A stretch of 64,000 nucleotides of DNA, from assembly GCA_000146045.2 (NCBI GenBank), contig BK006943.2, positions 512,001-576,000 on the forward strand, in the 5' to 3' direction. The notes under the pieces are model-generated. The model was not told the DNA's origin. It saw nothing but the letters and a program-made list of their open reading frames with translations, and searched no databases. The stretch comes from TPA_inf: Saccharomyces (lineage: Eukaryota). Made by a program: the position numbers and the translations under genes. How positions within the stretch are numbered: position 1 is the stretch's first letter; every line of letters starts with the position of its first letter. Positions 1 through 10,047 of this stretch are shown here, in pieces.

Positions 1-1763
1 AGTAATGAATCAATTAAAGAAGAAATTTGTTCTCTTGTAAAGTTGTTGTTTACTAATGTTGCAAATTTGGACACAACAGAGTATGATAAGTTTGACTTTC
101 TTTCTTCGTCAAGGATTTCAAAGTGCCTCATGAATTTTTTTTTTGCATCAGAAAGATCGAACGAAATATATTCTCTCAATTTGAAGCAATAAAAGAACAG
201 TTCTTCAACATCAGCCGATGTAGTATCAAAAATATTAGAAGATAACACGTAATCGATTTTTTCTAGTTCCTCTGCAGGGACAATATCATCGTAGACTTCC
301 ATTATATGATACTTTAGGTCCCATTGAAGACTGTTATTAAATGATTCCAAAGTAAATACTTGAGATAAAATAGGCTTTACCTCATCGAGAGTTGCGCGCG
401 ATGCGCCCTCTGATAGTCCCTCCAAGCATATGCGTATTAAATATAAAGGAACCCTGTTGGTGGAATCGTGATTGACTTGGTCAAGTAAAGCTTGCAATAG
501 ATTTTTCCATTGTAAAGAAGATAAAGTGAACAATTGCTTCGTTATAGACTTGACATATGCAGGATGATTTATCAAAAAATAGGAATCGGGTCCTTTTCTG
601 GAACAGTACTCATTTATTTTGGCAAAAAAATCTGATAATTCCCTTGCGTTAGCGTGTGATTGGATTATTAAATCCCAAATATGAGAGGAAAAGAGAGGAT
701 CGTTCAAATTTTCGAGCTGAATCAATTCAAGTAACCGAAAAATATGTTTAATAGCAACCTCGATATCCAATTTAAGGATAATTGGTATTAATGATAACAC
801 TCCAGATTCATCAGTCGACGCTAACATTTCAAGCAATAATGCTTCAAGGAACTCTTGAGATACGGTTTTCTTCGATTCCGATAAAAGATTCAGAAATCTG
901 CATTCTAAACTAGGTTTCTTGGCACCTAAAATTGTAAAGATGACTTCTAGTTGAGCAAAATTGTCTTTTGATAAGAAAGTGACGAAAGTGGCAAAATAAT
1001 AATAAGCCATATCGTCGGTAATTTCGGACGCATTCTCTTGGACAAACTTTTTATTTAATTTCATGTAATCTATGCGTGGTTGTAAAAGGAACTTTCCCAT
1101 AAAATGAGATAGACGAATGAAGGATTGGTTTGAAGATGCAGAATTTTTGGTCTGTGCGAAATATCTTAAACTTGGTAGTAGCATATGCTTGCAGTAACAA
1201 GTAGCAATTTTGTTATCCGTTGTAGTAATATTGTCAACATGAGTTAGATTGCAGGCATCTTGCAAGTATGAAAGCGCAAAGTCAGTCGTCGGGCACGAAC
1301 TTAATCCATTTATGGCATGTTCTAAAAGTTGAAAAGACTCTTCAACAGAAAAATTGACAATCAAGTAGTCATTAATCGCAAAAAATGCTTTTATAAACGA
1401 AACGCTACGTGTAAGTAATTTGTCTTTAGGCCAAAGGAAAAATGTTCTTATCATTACAGGCACAGTCTTCAATTTTTTGAGTAGTTTTTTTATCGAAATT
1501 GGATCATTAATAGCATCTAATAATCTCGTGAAAATTATCCAAGTATGTTCACTGGTCTTAAAATCATCCAAATTTCCATTGTTGAGCCTATCAATGAGTA
1601 AATCTAAGACGAAAATTTCTTTTTTTGGAAAGTAGGTTTCTAATTTATCAAATTTTGAAACTATCTCGGCAATTTGATGGGGTTTTGTGCTCGTCGAACG
1701 TAGTAATTTCGACAAATCTTGGGCATTGTCTGGGATAGATAGTTCTTCTGTAAGATCACCCAT
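1..1763 (-). CDS. URB2: N-terminal ~587 codons of a large ORF that runs off the left edge, beginning [21 protein letters not shown]. Matches ribosome-biogenesis protein Urb2 (YJR041C), divergent from NUP85.
   Basis: The ATG lies at 1761-1763 on the minus strand. Hand translation of ~100 codons shows no stop. No stop-bounded minus-strand ORF is listed over 1-1763, implying a frame open to the edge. Position and orientation fit chr X gene order. Confidence 0.75.
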
Positions 1764-2054
1764 ATTATCAAAAAGTGCAGTATACTCTCTGTTTTTCCAA
1801 AGATAATTGATGGCAAGCTAAATCTTAGACAGAGATGTTCCTATGCTAGTAAACAATTCTGTAGTTGTGACCAAGTGCCCTCTTAGCGATCATTTTGAGA
1901 TGAGCTAAGTGAAATTTTTCAGATCGCGCACGACGGAGAGGTTTTTTAGTTGGATGGAAGTCAAGCCTTGTACAAATTGTAGTTGTATAGAAAACATTGA
2001 ACTTACGGTCTTGAGTTGAGTCAATAAGCGTGAGCCAGAACGCAATTATCAGAT

Positions 2055-4289
2055 ATGACAATCGATGATTCAAATCGATTACTTATGGACGTCGATCAAT
2101 TTGATTTTTTGGACGACGGAACGGCGCAACTTAGTAATAACAAGACCGATGAAGAAGAACAACTATATAAAAGGGACCCAGTCAGCGGGGCTATCCTGGT
2201 CCCTATGACTGTAAATGATCAACCGATTGAAAAAAATGGCGACAAGATGCCTTTAAAGTTCAAGCTGGGGCCACTTTCTTACCAAAATATGGCATTCATA
2301 ACTGCAAAAGATAAATATAAGCTTTATCCTGTTAGAATTCCTAGATTAGATACCAGCAAAGAGTTTTCTGCATACGTATCAGGTTTATTTGAAATTTACC
2401 GTGATTTAGGTGATGACAGAGTGTTTAATGTACCAACGATTGGAGTTGTTAATTCTAATTTCGCGAAGGAGCATAATGCAACAGTAAATCTGGCCATGGA
2501 GGCGATTCTGAATGAATTGGAAGTGTTTATTGGTAGAGTCAAGGATCAGGATGGAAGAGTGAACCGATTTTATGAGTTGGAAGAATCTTTAACCGTTTTA
2601 AACTGTCTGAGGACAATGTACTTCATATTAGATGGTCAGGATGTAGAGGAGAACAGATCAGAGTTTATTGAGTCATTGCTAAACTGGATTAATAGATCAG
2701 ACGGTGAACCAGATGAAGAATATATTGAACAAGTGTTTTCAGTGAAGGATTCTACAGCAGGTAAAAAAGTGTTCGAAACACAATATTTCTGGAAGCTTTT
2801 GAATCAGCTTGTTTTAAGAGGCCTGCTCTCCCAAGCTATAGGTTGCATTGAAAGATCAGATCTTTTACCATATTTGAGTGATACATGTGCCGTTTCATTT
2901 GATGCAGTAAGTGACTCCATCGAACTCCTGAAACAATATCCAAAAGATTCGTCCAGTACATTTAGAGAATGGAAAAATTTGGTGCTAAAATTAAGTCAAG
3001 CCTTTGGTAGTTCTGCTACTGATATTTCCGGTGAATTACGGGATTACATTGAAGATTTCTTGTTAGTAATTGGTGGAAATCAACGAAAAATTCTGCAGTA
3101 TTCAAGGACGTGGTATGAGTCCTTTTGTGGGTTTTTATTATACTATATCCCCTCATTAGAACTATCAGCAGAATATTTACAAATGTCACTGGAAGCTAAC
3201 GTCGTAGACATAACAAATGATTGGGAACAACCATGCGTCGACATCATTAGTGGTAAGATACACTCAATTTTACCGGTAATGGAATCTTTAGATAGTTGCA
3301 CAGCAGCATTTACCGCTATGATTTGTGAAGCAAAAGGTTTGATAGAGAATATTTTTGAGGGTGAAAAAAATAGCGATGATTATAGTAATGAAGACAACGA
3401 AATGCTTGAAGATCTATTCTCTTATAGGAATGGTATGGCATCTTATATGCTAAATAGCTTCGCTTTTGAGTTGTGTTCACTGGGTGATAAGGAACTATGG
3501 CCCGTTGCCATTGGATTGATAGCCTTATCTGCAACAGGGACGAGAAGTGCAAAGAAAATGGTGATTGCAGAATTACTTCCACACTACCCATTTGTTACGA
3601 ATGATGACATTGAATGGATGCTAAGTATATGTGTAGAATGGAGACTACCAGAAATAGCGAAGGAAATATACACCACGTTGGGTAATCAAATGTTATCGGC
3701 ACACAACATAATTGAAAGTATCGCAAATTTTAGTAGGGCGGGCAAATATGAACTGGTAAAGTCATATTCGTGGCTATTATTTGAAGCTTCGTGCATGGAG
3801 GGCCAGAAGTTGGACGACCCTGTGTTGAATGCCATTGTGAGCAAAAACTCTCCTGCAGAGGATGACGTTATAATACCACAAGACATTTTAGATTGTGTAG
3901 TGACGAATTCTATGCGTCAAACTTTAGCGCCATATGCTGTTCTGTCACAATTCTATGAGCTGAGGGACAGAGAAGATTGGGGCCAAGCGCTGCGCCTATT
4001 GCTTTTGCTGATTGAATTCCCTTATTTACCAAAACATTACTTGGTTTTGCTTGTGGCGAAATTCCTGTACCCAATTTTCCTTTTAGATGATAAGAAGCTA
4101 ATGGATGAAGATTCAGTGGCGACAGTCATTGAAGTTATAGAAACTAAATGGGATGACGCTGATGAAAAAAGTTCAAACTTATATGAAACCATTATTGAAG
4201 CAGATAAAAGCTTACCTAGTAGCATGGCAACACTTTTGAAAAATTTAAGAAAGAAACTAAATTTCAAATTATGTCAAGCGTTCATGTAA
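2055..4289 (+). CDS. NUP85: Nucleoporin Nup85 (Nup84 subcomplex), 744 aa
   Basis: 744-aa ORF starting at an ATG at 2055. The length and the MTIDDSNRLLMDVDQFDFLDDG N-terminus match Nup85. Gene order fits URB2-NUP85-POL32. Confidence 0.93.
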   Translation: MTIDDSNRLLMDVDQFDFLDDGTAQLSNNKTDEEEQLYKRDPVSGAILVPMTVNDQPIEKNGDKMPLKFKLGPLSYQNMAFITAKDKYKLYPVRIPRLDTSKEFSAYVSGLFEIYRDLGDDRVFNVPTIGVVNSNFAKEHNATVNLAMEAILNELEVFIGRVKDQDGRVNRFYELEESLTVLNCLRTMYFILDGQDVEENRSEFIESLLNWINRSDGEPDEEYIEQVFSVKDSTAGKKVFETQYFWKLLNQLVLRGLLSQAIGCIERSDLLPYLSDTCAVSFDAVSDSIELLKQYPKDSSSTFREWKNLVLKLSQAFGSSATDISGELRDYIEDFLLVIGGNQRKILQYSRTWYESFCGFLLYYIPSLELSAEYLQMSLEANVVDITNDWEQPCVDIISGKIHSILPVMESLDSCTAAFTAMICEAKGLIENIFEGEKNSDDYSNEDNEMLEDLFSYRNGMASYMLNSFAFELCSLGDKELWPVAIGLIALSATGTRSAKKMVIAELLPHYPFVTNDDIEWMLSICVEWRLPEIAKEIYTTLGNQMLSAHNIIESIANFSRAGKYELVKSYSWLLFEASCMEGQKLDDPVLNAIVSKNSPAEDDVIIPQDILDCVVTNSMRQTLAPYAVLSQFYELRDREDWGQALRLLLLLIEFPYLPKHYLVLLVAKFLYPIFLLDDKKLMDEDSVATVIEVIETKWDDADEKSSNLYETIIEADKSLPSSMATLLKNLRKKLNFKLCQAFM

Positions 4290-4460
4290 ATCAGTATAGT
4301 AATGTCCTTCGGATGGTATATTAGGATATATGACGAAAATAAGTAAATTTAAACAACAATATATATTTATATTGATCTATTTTTCTATCACGTAAGTTGA
4401 CATTTGTATTATACATTACATCACAATTAGTAATGGAAAGTGTTTGGAAAAAAAAGAAGA

Positions 4461-5513
4461 TTATTTTGCCTTTCTTTTGAAAAAGCTTTCCAATGTTCCT
4501 TGCTTTTTTAACCTTTTATTCGATGACGGCGTTTCTTGCTTTTTTGAAGACGACAATGCCCTTTTTACCACGGGTGATGGCTTGCGTGGTGGTGTTGAAG
4601 TTGCGGGTCTCTTTGTCACAATATATCCATCCTCATCAATAAAAGAGGAGGGCTCTTCTTCAGATTTAGGTTCCTTTGAATGTTCTGTTTCAGAAGGCTT
4701 TGTTTGCTGTATTTTAGGTACATCCATAAGTGAATCTTCTGCTGTCGTTTCCAACAAGTCTTCTAAATCATCGTTGTTTTTGTCCTTATCGTTGCTGTCA
4801 GTTTCTTTAGGTGAGTTGGGCTTGGACCCTCCATTTACTTCCTCTGTATCTAAGTCATCTTCGACAAAAAGATTATTTAACTCTTTCATTTGAGCTTCTC
4901 TTTCAGGGTTCTGTTTATTTATTTTTTGCAAGTTCTCCTCTTTCCTTTTACGTAACTCATTTTGTCTAGAGGTTTCCTTGTCATCTCTATCCTTTTTCAT
5001 CTTAGCCAGCAGTGCAGTAGACCTGAGACCCATGTCTTTAGATTTGGATTTCCTTCCGGTTGTTTCTTCTGGCGTGGTCTTTGATCTTGCTGTAGGCCTT
5101 ACCAAAGGTTTAGATTTCTCTTCTAACGTCTTAGTCCTCTCTATAATTTTCGATGATTCAGAAACTTTAAGTTCGTATGAATTTTTAATGGTTAAACAAT
5201 CCTTTTGATCGATAATGTCGTAATATGGTATGAAGCTGTCCATGGGATTGAAGGCATAGATGAAACAATCAATTATTGAATCTTGCTGTGGAATGTTGGA
5301 AAGATCATGAATAATTTTAATAGTTTGATCTTTGTAGCAGCATATCACTACGCAGTTGTATTTGGCATTGGTGGTCTGTTTGTAATAGTCAAACATTAAT
5401 TTCTTGGCCATGGATGGGCCGATCTTCAAGTGGTGAATTAGATCCGTAAAAAGGACGGGCTTTACCTCAGTGAAGAGCTTCTCATTGATAAAATATGACG
5501 CCTTTTGATCCAT
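4461..5513 (-). CDS. POL32: DNA polymerase delta third subunit Pol32, 350 aa, with a C-terminal PIP box (QGTLESFF)
   Basis: 350-aa ORF with a Lys/Glu-rich middle. The C-terminal QxxLxxFF PCNA-interaction motif is followed by basic residues. Length matches Pol32. Confidence 0.93.
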   Translation of the reverse strand: MDQKASYFINEKLFTEVKPVLFTDLIHHLKIGPSMAKKLMFDYYKQTTNAKYNCVVICCYKDQTIKIIHDLSNIPQQDSIIDCFIYAFNPMDSFIPYYDIIDQKDCLTIKNSYELKVSESSKIIERTKTLEEKSKPLVRPTARSKTTPEETTGRKSKSKDMGLRSTALLAKMKKDRDDKETSRQNELRKRKEENLQKINKQNPEREAQMKELNNLFVEDDLDTEEVNGGSKPNSPKETDSNDKDKNNDDLEDLLETTAEDSLMDVPKIQQTKPSETEHSKEPKSEEEPSSFIDEDGYIVTKRPATSTPPRKPSPVVKRALSSSKKQETPSSNKRLKKQGTLESFFKRKAK

Positions 5514-5649
5514 TAATTACCGATTGAGTTAACTAAAGCCTATTTCTGGTTGTTAGTTAATGTGAAATATTATTTCGAGCTGATCTGATTGCGATGTAAC
5601 GAACTTCTGCGTACTTTTCAAAATTAAGAGTTTCGCGTGTTTAACTCAT

Positions 5650-5655
5650 ACGCGT
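5650..5655. promoter_or_regulatory. MCB (MluI cell-cycle box) ACGCGT ~140 bp upstream of the POL32 ATG, with a second CGCGTG 10 bp away at 5634-5640
   Basis: Exact ACGCGT hexamer plus a tCGCGTg near-copy in the POL32 5' region. MBF regulation of DNA-replication genes is established. Confidence 0.55.
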
Positions 5656-5812
5656 TTACTACTTCCGTCGGAAAGTTACACCGTAGTGGAAAATAGACCT
5701 ATTCGTTAGTATAACCTTATTAAGGTACTTCCATTAATGAAGTGTTCTATATTGAGGCATACTGATCGAGAATTTTCATAAGGTGAAACGATAAAAATAT
5801 AAAAATTAAGCT

Positions 5813-5884
5813 TAGCGCCGCTCGGTTTCGATCCGAGGACATCAGGGTTATGAGCCCTGCGCGCTTCCACTGCGCCACGGCGCT
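5813..5884 (-). tRNA. Initiator tRNA-Met (CAU), 72 nt
   Basis: The reverse complement reads AGCGCCGTGGCGCAGTGGAAGCGCGCAGGGCTCATAACCCTGATGTCCTCGGATCGAAACCGAGCGGCGCTA. This is the yeast tRNAi-Met sequence, including the A1:U72 pair and the CAU anticodon. A T-run terminator follows on the minus strand. Confidence 0.93.
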
Positions 5885-5960
5885 TAACTTTTATGAATAT
5901 TTTAGACTTAATAAAGATTCATATTGTAAAATTAAAAACAACTTGCACACTGAGCTGTGT

Positions 5961-6370
5961 TAGAATGAAATCCTACTATAATCCATAGTAGTATTCATGT
6001 CACTAGCACATTACAAAATATGCCATAGGAAGATGACGTAAAGATTGAGAACTAGTCATCAGATATAATAGAAGCTGAAAAGCAAGAATTGATAATATCG
6101 GACGCTATCCTACAATAGCAGCGCAGTTGCATAATTTGTTATGTGTCGTCTTTATTGTGTGTAAAGCTTTATACACCTTTACCTTTGTGTAGAAGACAAA
6201 GACATTGTTGTTATCACTATGTCCACATTCGCTACGAGGATATTTTCAACATATCTAGTTGAAATACAAATCTCAAGCCACTATAAAAACTGCGGAATCA
6301 AACAAATGTACAATACATTATCCTACTAGAGACTAATTTCTCAAGGTTTGCAATCCCATCTCTTTTCATG
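5961..6370 (+). mobile_element. Highly diverged Ty1/copia-type solo LTR remnant, 77 bp upstream of the tRNAi-Met gene
   Basis: It starts TGTTAGAATGAAATCCTACTAT. Several blocks are collinear with delta LTRs (GGAAGATGACG.AAA, AGTCATC, GAAGCTGAAAAGCAAGAATTGATAAT). The 3' boundary is uncertain. Confidence 0.45.
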
Positions 6371-6762
6371 AGGTATATTGCGGCACAGAATGGTTGTACG
6401 ACCATTGCTCAACGTTTCCGCTCATAGATCGATTCAAATAAGATTATAGACATGTGGCGATTCAATGCCAATCCTTATCCCGAAATTACGGATGTATTCA
6501 GCCAACTTTGCCTATCTACATTATTCTGTCAACTAGAGGCTAAAGACACGAATTTCTTGGCATTTTTTGTTTGAAAACTTGAAATGGAAGAAAGACAGAA
6601 AGTAATTTTATGTAATCTATTATATTTAAGTAGTTCTAAAAAAAAGGAGAAATCGACGCCAGATTTCCCACCTTGAGTAGAGTATCATACTATATAATAT
6701 CAATGTACGGTTCACGCACCCAGTTGGCTTAGTCTGTTGAGGGGATGAGTAATTGTTATATA

Positions 6763-7185
6763 TTAACCAAAAAGGGAATCATCTTCGTTGAAATCTTTTT
6801 TGAAAAACCATTTAAAAATAACAATACTAGAATATATGATAAGACCACCGATCATGCACATGATACAACTCAAATGGCCAATCAATTGGCAATGATAGAA
6901 AACAACAGGGAGTGCTATACCGCTTGTCACCAGCATTCCTGTAAGGAAGTGAGCCAGATCTTGGCCAGTGTTTGATGAATCGGACATGAAGTCAGATGTG
7001 TGATATTTATTTCCTGCATTGAAAATTGTGTTTGGTATTGGGGCAAGCAAAAAGATCAAAATATCGAATAGTGGGTAGTAATTATGGAATAATGCGCAGC
7101 TTAGTATGACCAAAAGGAATCCCAATGCGAGGAATCCTGACAGAGAAATAATCTTTGTCAATGGTGACACTTTGAATTCCATCAT
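6763..7185 (-). CDS. VPS55: Vps55, endosomal membrane protein (OB-RGRP/leptin receptor overlapping transcript family), 140 aa
   Basis: 140-aa hydrophobic ORF (MMEFKVSPLTKIISLSGFLALG, ~4 TM segments). Length and position match VPS55. Confidence 0.88.
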   Translation of the reverse strand: MMEFKVSPLTKIISLSGFLALGFLLVILSCALFHNYYPLFDILIFLLAPIPNTIFNAGNKYHTSDFMSDSSNTGQDLAHFLTGMLVTSGIALPVVFYHCQLIGHLSCIMCMIGGLIIYSSIVIFKWFFKKDFNEDDSLFG

Positions 7186-7252
7186 AACCGTCTGGGATTT
7201 TATGTATTAAGATTCTTTGCCTTTTAGATTTGATAAATATGCGCCGATATTA

Positions 7253-7255
<3 letters not shown>

Positions 7256-7296
<41 letters not shown>
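7256..7296. repeat. (GT)20 / (CA)20 dinucleotide microsatellite in the VPS55-SSC1 intergenic region
   Basis: Uninterrupted gtgtgt... run of ~41 nt. Confidence 0.95.
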
Positions 7297-7297
<1 letters not shown>

Positions 7298-7637
7298 TTC
7301 CCCTTTTCTAGTTTTTCTCCTACTCTTTTTTTCTCAGTTTTTCGTAAAGTGGAGTGAAAGCCCATCTAAGAAAAAGGCATAATAAAATGTAATAATTTTG
7401 AGGAGTACATTTGGGTATAGAACAGGATCAAACTAATTACAAGAGATACATGGCTTTCCCGCTTAATGCGAGGAAACAGTACTTATATAAACGATATATG
7501 TTTGGGGCGTGTATATTATGTATATAAATGTTCTTAAAAAATAAAGAAACAAAAATACTGGTTAGTTATTATTATGTTTTTTGTCATTCTTTCTAGTTTA
7601 ACATTGTGGTAGTAATTTATTAACAGGAATTTGCTTT

Positions 7638-9602
7638 TTACTGCTTAGTTTCACCAGATTCGGCATTGTTGCCGTTGTTGTTGTTGTTGTTGTTAGAGTC
7701 GTTCTTGTATAATTGTTCAAACAATTTCATCGAGGAAGTTTGCAATTCTTCGGTCTTGGTCTTTAACTCCTCAGCGTTAACCTCTTCGCCACCTTGTACT
7801 CTAGCAACCAACTCCTTCAAGGAAGTGATTTGATCCCTAACCTTTTGGGCTTCAGCCTTGTCAACCTTACCTTCAAATTCTTTCAAGGAGTTTTCAGTAT
7901 CGTTGGCCAATTGGTCAGCCTTGTTGGCAGTTTCGATGGCTTGTTTTCTAGCTTCATCTTGAGACTTGAATTTTTCAGCGTCGTTAACCATTTGTTCAAT
8001 TTCGTTTTCGGACAAACCAGAAGAACCGGCAACAGTAATAGAAGAATCTTTGTTTGTAGCTTTGTCTCTAGCAGAAACGTTAATAATACCATCGGCATCG
8101 ATGTCAAAAGTGACTTCGATTTGTGGGACACCCTTTGGAGCAGGTGGGATACCGGCTAAAGTGAAGTTACCAATCAATTTGTTGTCTCTAACCAATTCTC
8201 TTTCACCTTGGAAAACTCTGATTTCAACAGAAGTTTGACCAGCAGCGGCAGTGGAGAAGATTTGAGATTTCTTTGTTGGAATAGTAGTGTTTCTTGGAAT
8301 CAATCTTGTGAAAACACCACCTAAAGTTTCGATACCTAGAGACAATGGGGTAACATCTAATAATAAGACGTCAGTAACCTCACCGGACAAGACAGCACCT
8401 TGCACAGCAGCACCAATGGCAACAGCTTCATCTGGGTTGACGGCCTTAGATGGGTCCTTACCAAACAAAGATTTAACGGTTTCGACAACCTTAGGCATTC
8501 TGGACATACCACCGACCAATAAGACTTCAGATATGTCTGAAGTAGACAAACCGGCGTCTTTCAAAGCCTTCTTGACTGGGTCGACAGTTCTCTTAACTAG
8601 TGGGGCTGTCAAAGTCTCGAATTGAGCCCTGGAGAACTTCATGTTGATATGCTTTGGACCTGAGGCATCAGCAGTGATAAATGGCAGGTTGATTTCAGTG
8701 GAAACGGTAGAAGATAGCTCAATCTTAGCCTTTTCAGCAGCTTCTCTAATTCTTTGGATAGCCATACGGTCATTTTCCAAATCAATACCAGTTTCGGTCT
8801 TGAAACGAGAAACAATCTCTCTCAACAAATAGATGTCGAAATCTTCACCACCCAAATGAGTGTCACCGTTAGTGGACTTAACTTCAAAAACACCGTTGTC
8901 AATATCTAAGATGGAGATATCGAAAGTACCACCACCCAAATCGAAAACGGCAACAACTTTAGAGTCGGATTTTTCCAAACCGTAAGCTAAGGCAGCGGCG
9001 GTTGGTTCATTGACGACACGTAAAACGTTCAAACCAACAATTTGGCCTGCGTCTTTAGTAGCTTGTCTTTGAGAGTCGTTGAAATAAGCTGGGACAGTGA
9101 CAACAGCATTCTTAACTGGCTTACCCAAGTAGGCCTCAGCTGTTTCCTTCATCTTGTTCAAGACGAACCCACCGATTTGGGCTGGTGAGTAAGTTTGACC
9201 TCTGGCCTCAACCCAAGCATCCCCGTTGGAGTGCTTGACGATCTTGTATGGAACTTGCTTGATATCTCTTTGCACTTCAGCGTCTTCGAAACGACGACCA
9301 ATCAAACGCTTGGTAGCAAATAGGGTGTTTTCTGGGTTCACTACGGCTTGACGCTTGGCTGGAATACCAACCAAACGTTCTCCCTCTTTAGTGAAAGCTA
9401 CTACAGAAGGAGTAGTTCTGGAACCTTCGGCGTTTTCAATAATTTTTGGAACTTTACCTTCCATAATGGCAACCGCAGAGTTGGTGGTACCCAAATCGAT
9501 ACCGATGACGGAACCTTGAACCTTGGTTGACTGCAAACGTGTGGCAATACGGAAAGAGCTAGACAAGCTTGACCTGTTTAGTATGTTTTTAGCAGCAAGC
9601 AT
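7638..9602 (-). CDS. SSC1: Mitochondrial matrix Hsp70 Ssc1, 654 aa
   Basis: N-terminal presequence [26 protein letters not shown], then Hsp70 signatures ([29 protein letters not shown]). The 654-aa length is exact. C-terminal poly-Asn tail. Confidence 0.96.
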   Translation of the reverse strand: MLAAKNILNRSSLSSSFRIATRLQSTKVQGSVIGIDLGTTNSAVAIMEGKVPKIIENAEGSRTTPSVVAFTKEGERLVGIPAKRQAVVNPENTLFATKRLIGRRFEDAEVQRDIKQVPYKIVKHSNGDAWVEARGQTYSPAQIGGFVLNKMKETAEAYLGKPVKNAVVTVPAYFNDSQRQATKDAGQIVGLNVLRVVNEPTAAALAYGLEKSDSKVVAVFDLGGGTFDISILDIDNGVFEVKSTNGDTHLGGEDFDIYLLREIVSRFKTETGIDLENDRMAIQRIREAAEKAKIELSSTVSTEINLPFITADASGPKHINMKFSRAQFETLTAPLVKRTVDPVKKALKDAGLSTSDISEVLLVGGMSRMPKVVETVKSLFGKDPSKAVNPDEAVAIGAAVQGAVLSGEVTDVLLLDVTPLSLGIETLGGVFTRLIPRNTTIPTKKSQIFSTAAAGQTSVEIRVFQGERELVRDNKLIGNFTLAGIPPAPKGVPQIEVTFDIDADGIINVSARDKATNKDSSITVAGSSGLSENEIEQMVNDAEKFKSQDEARKQAIETANKADQLANDTENSLKEFEGKVDKAEAQKVRDQITSLKELVARVQGGEEVNAEELKTKTEELQTSSMKLFEQLYKNDSNNNNNNNGNNAESGETKQ

Positions 9603-10047
9603 CTTGGTGCGTATAATATGAGATTTGTGTAGTCTTAATTATATTAAATGGGTCGTAAATACAAAAGTTGTCACTCTGGCAAAGGTTGGTGAGCAGCGGG
9701 GCGTCGATATGTACAGCAGGCAGAGGAGGACAGCAACGTATGGAGTTTTCAAACGTGGAACAAAGAACCCAAAAGTTCCCAAGCGTCGAGCCGGCGTTGG
9801 ATCGTTCGTTTTTATACACCGCACCGTAAGCGGTCACCGGAAAAAGAGGCAGGGGGCGGTGGAACCGGGCCGAAGCCCATGGAAAAGCTCTGCCGTTGTG
9901 GGTGATATACAATTATTCAGCGCATCTAAGGCACTAGCTTTAGCACATTGTACCATTGCGATGATGCGGAAGAGTTTAATATAAGCAGATGTTAGTTGCG
10001 GTAGTTGGTATCATGACAGTGAGCTGAACTACGTAGCGTCGTGATTT

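Noticed and set aside
4444-4893. 149-aa plus-strand ORF overlapping POL32
   Set aside because: Antisense to the POL32 low-complexity Lys/Glu region and Ser-rich by mirror effect. It corresponds to a dubious-ORF type annotation at best.
7794-9530. Several 60-120-aa ORFs antisense to SSC1
   Set aside because: They lie wholly inside a highly expressed, codon-biased Hsp70 gene on the opposite strand and have low-complexity translations. These are typical antisense noise.
9603-10047. Heat-shock elements (nGAAnnTTCn arrays) upstream of SSC1
   Set aside because: I could not find a convincing three-unit HSE by eye in the 440-bp upstream region, so I do not assert one.
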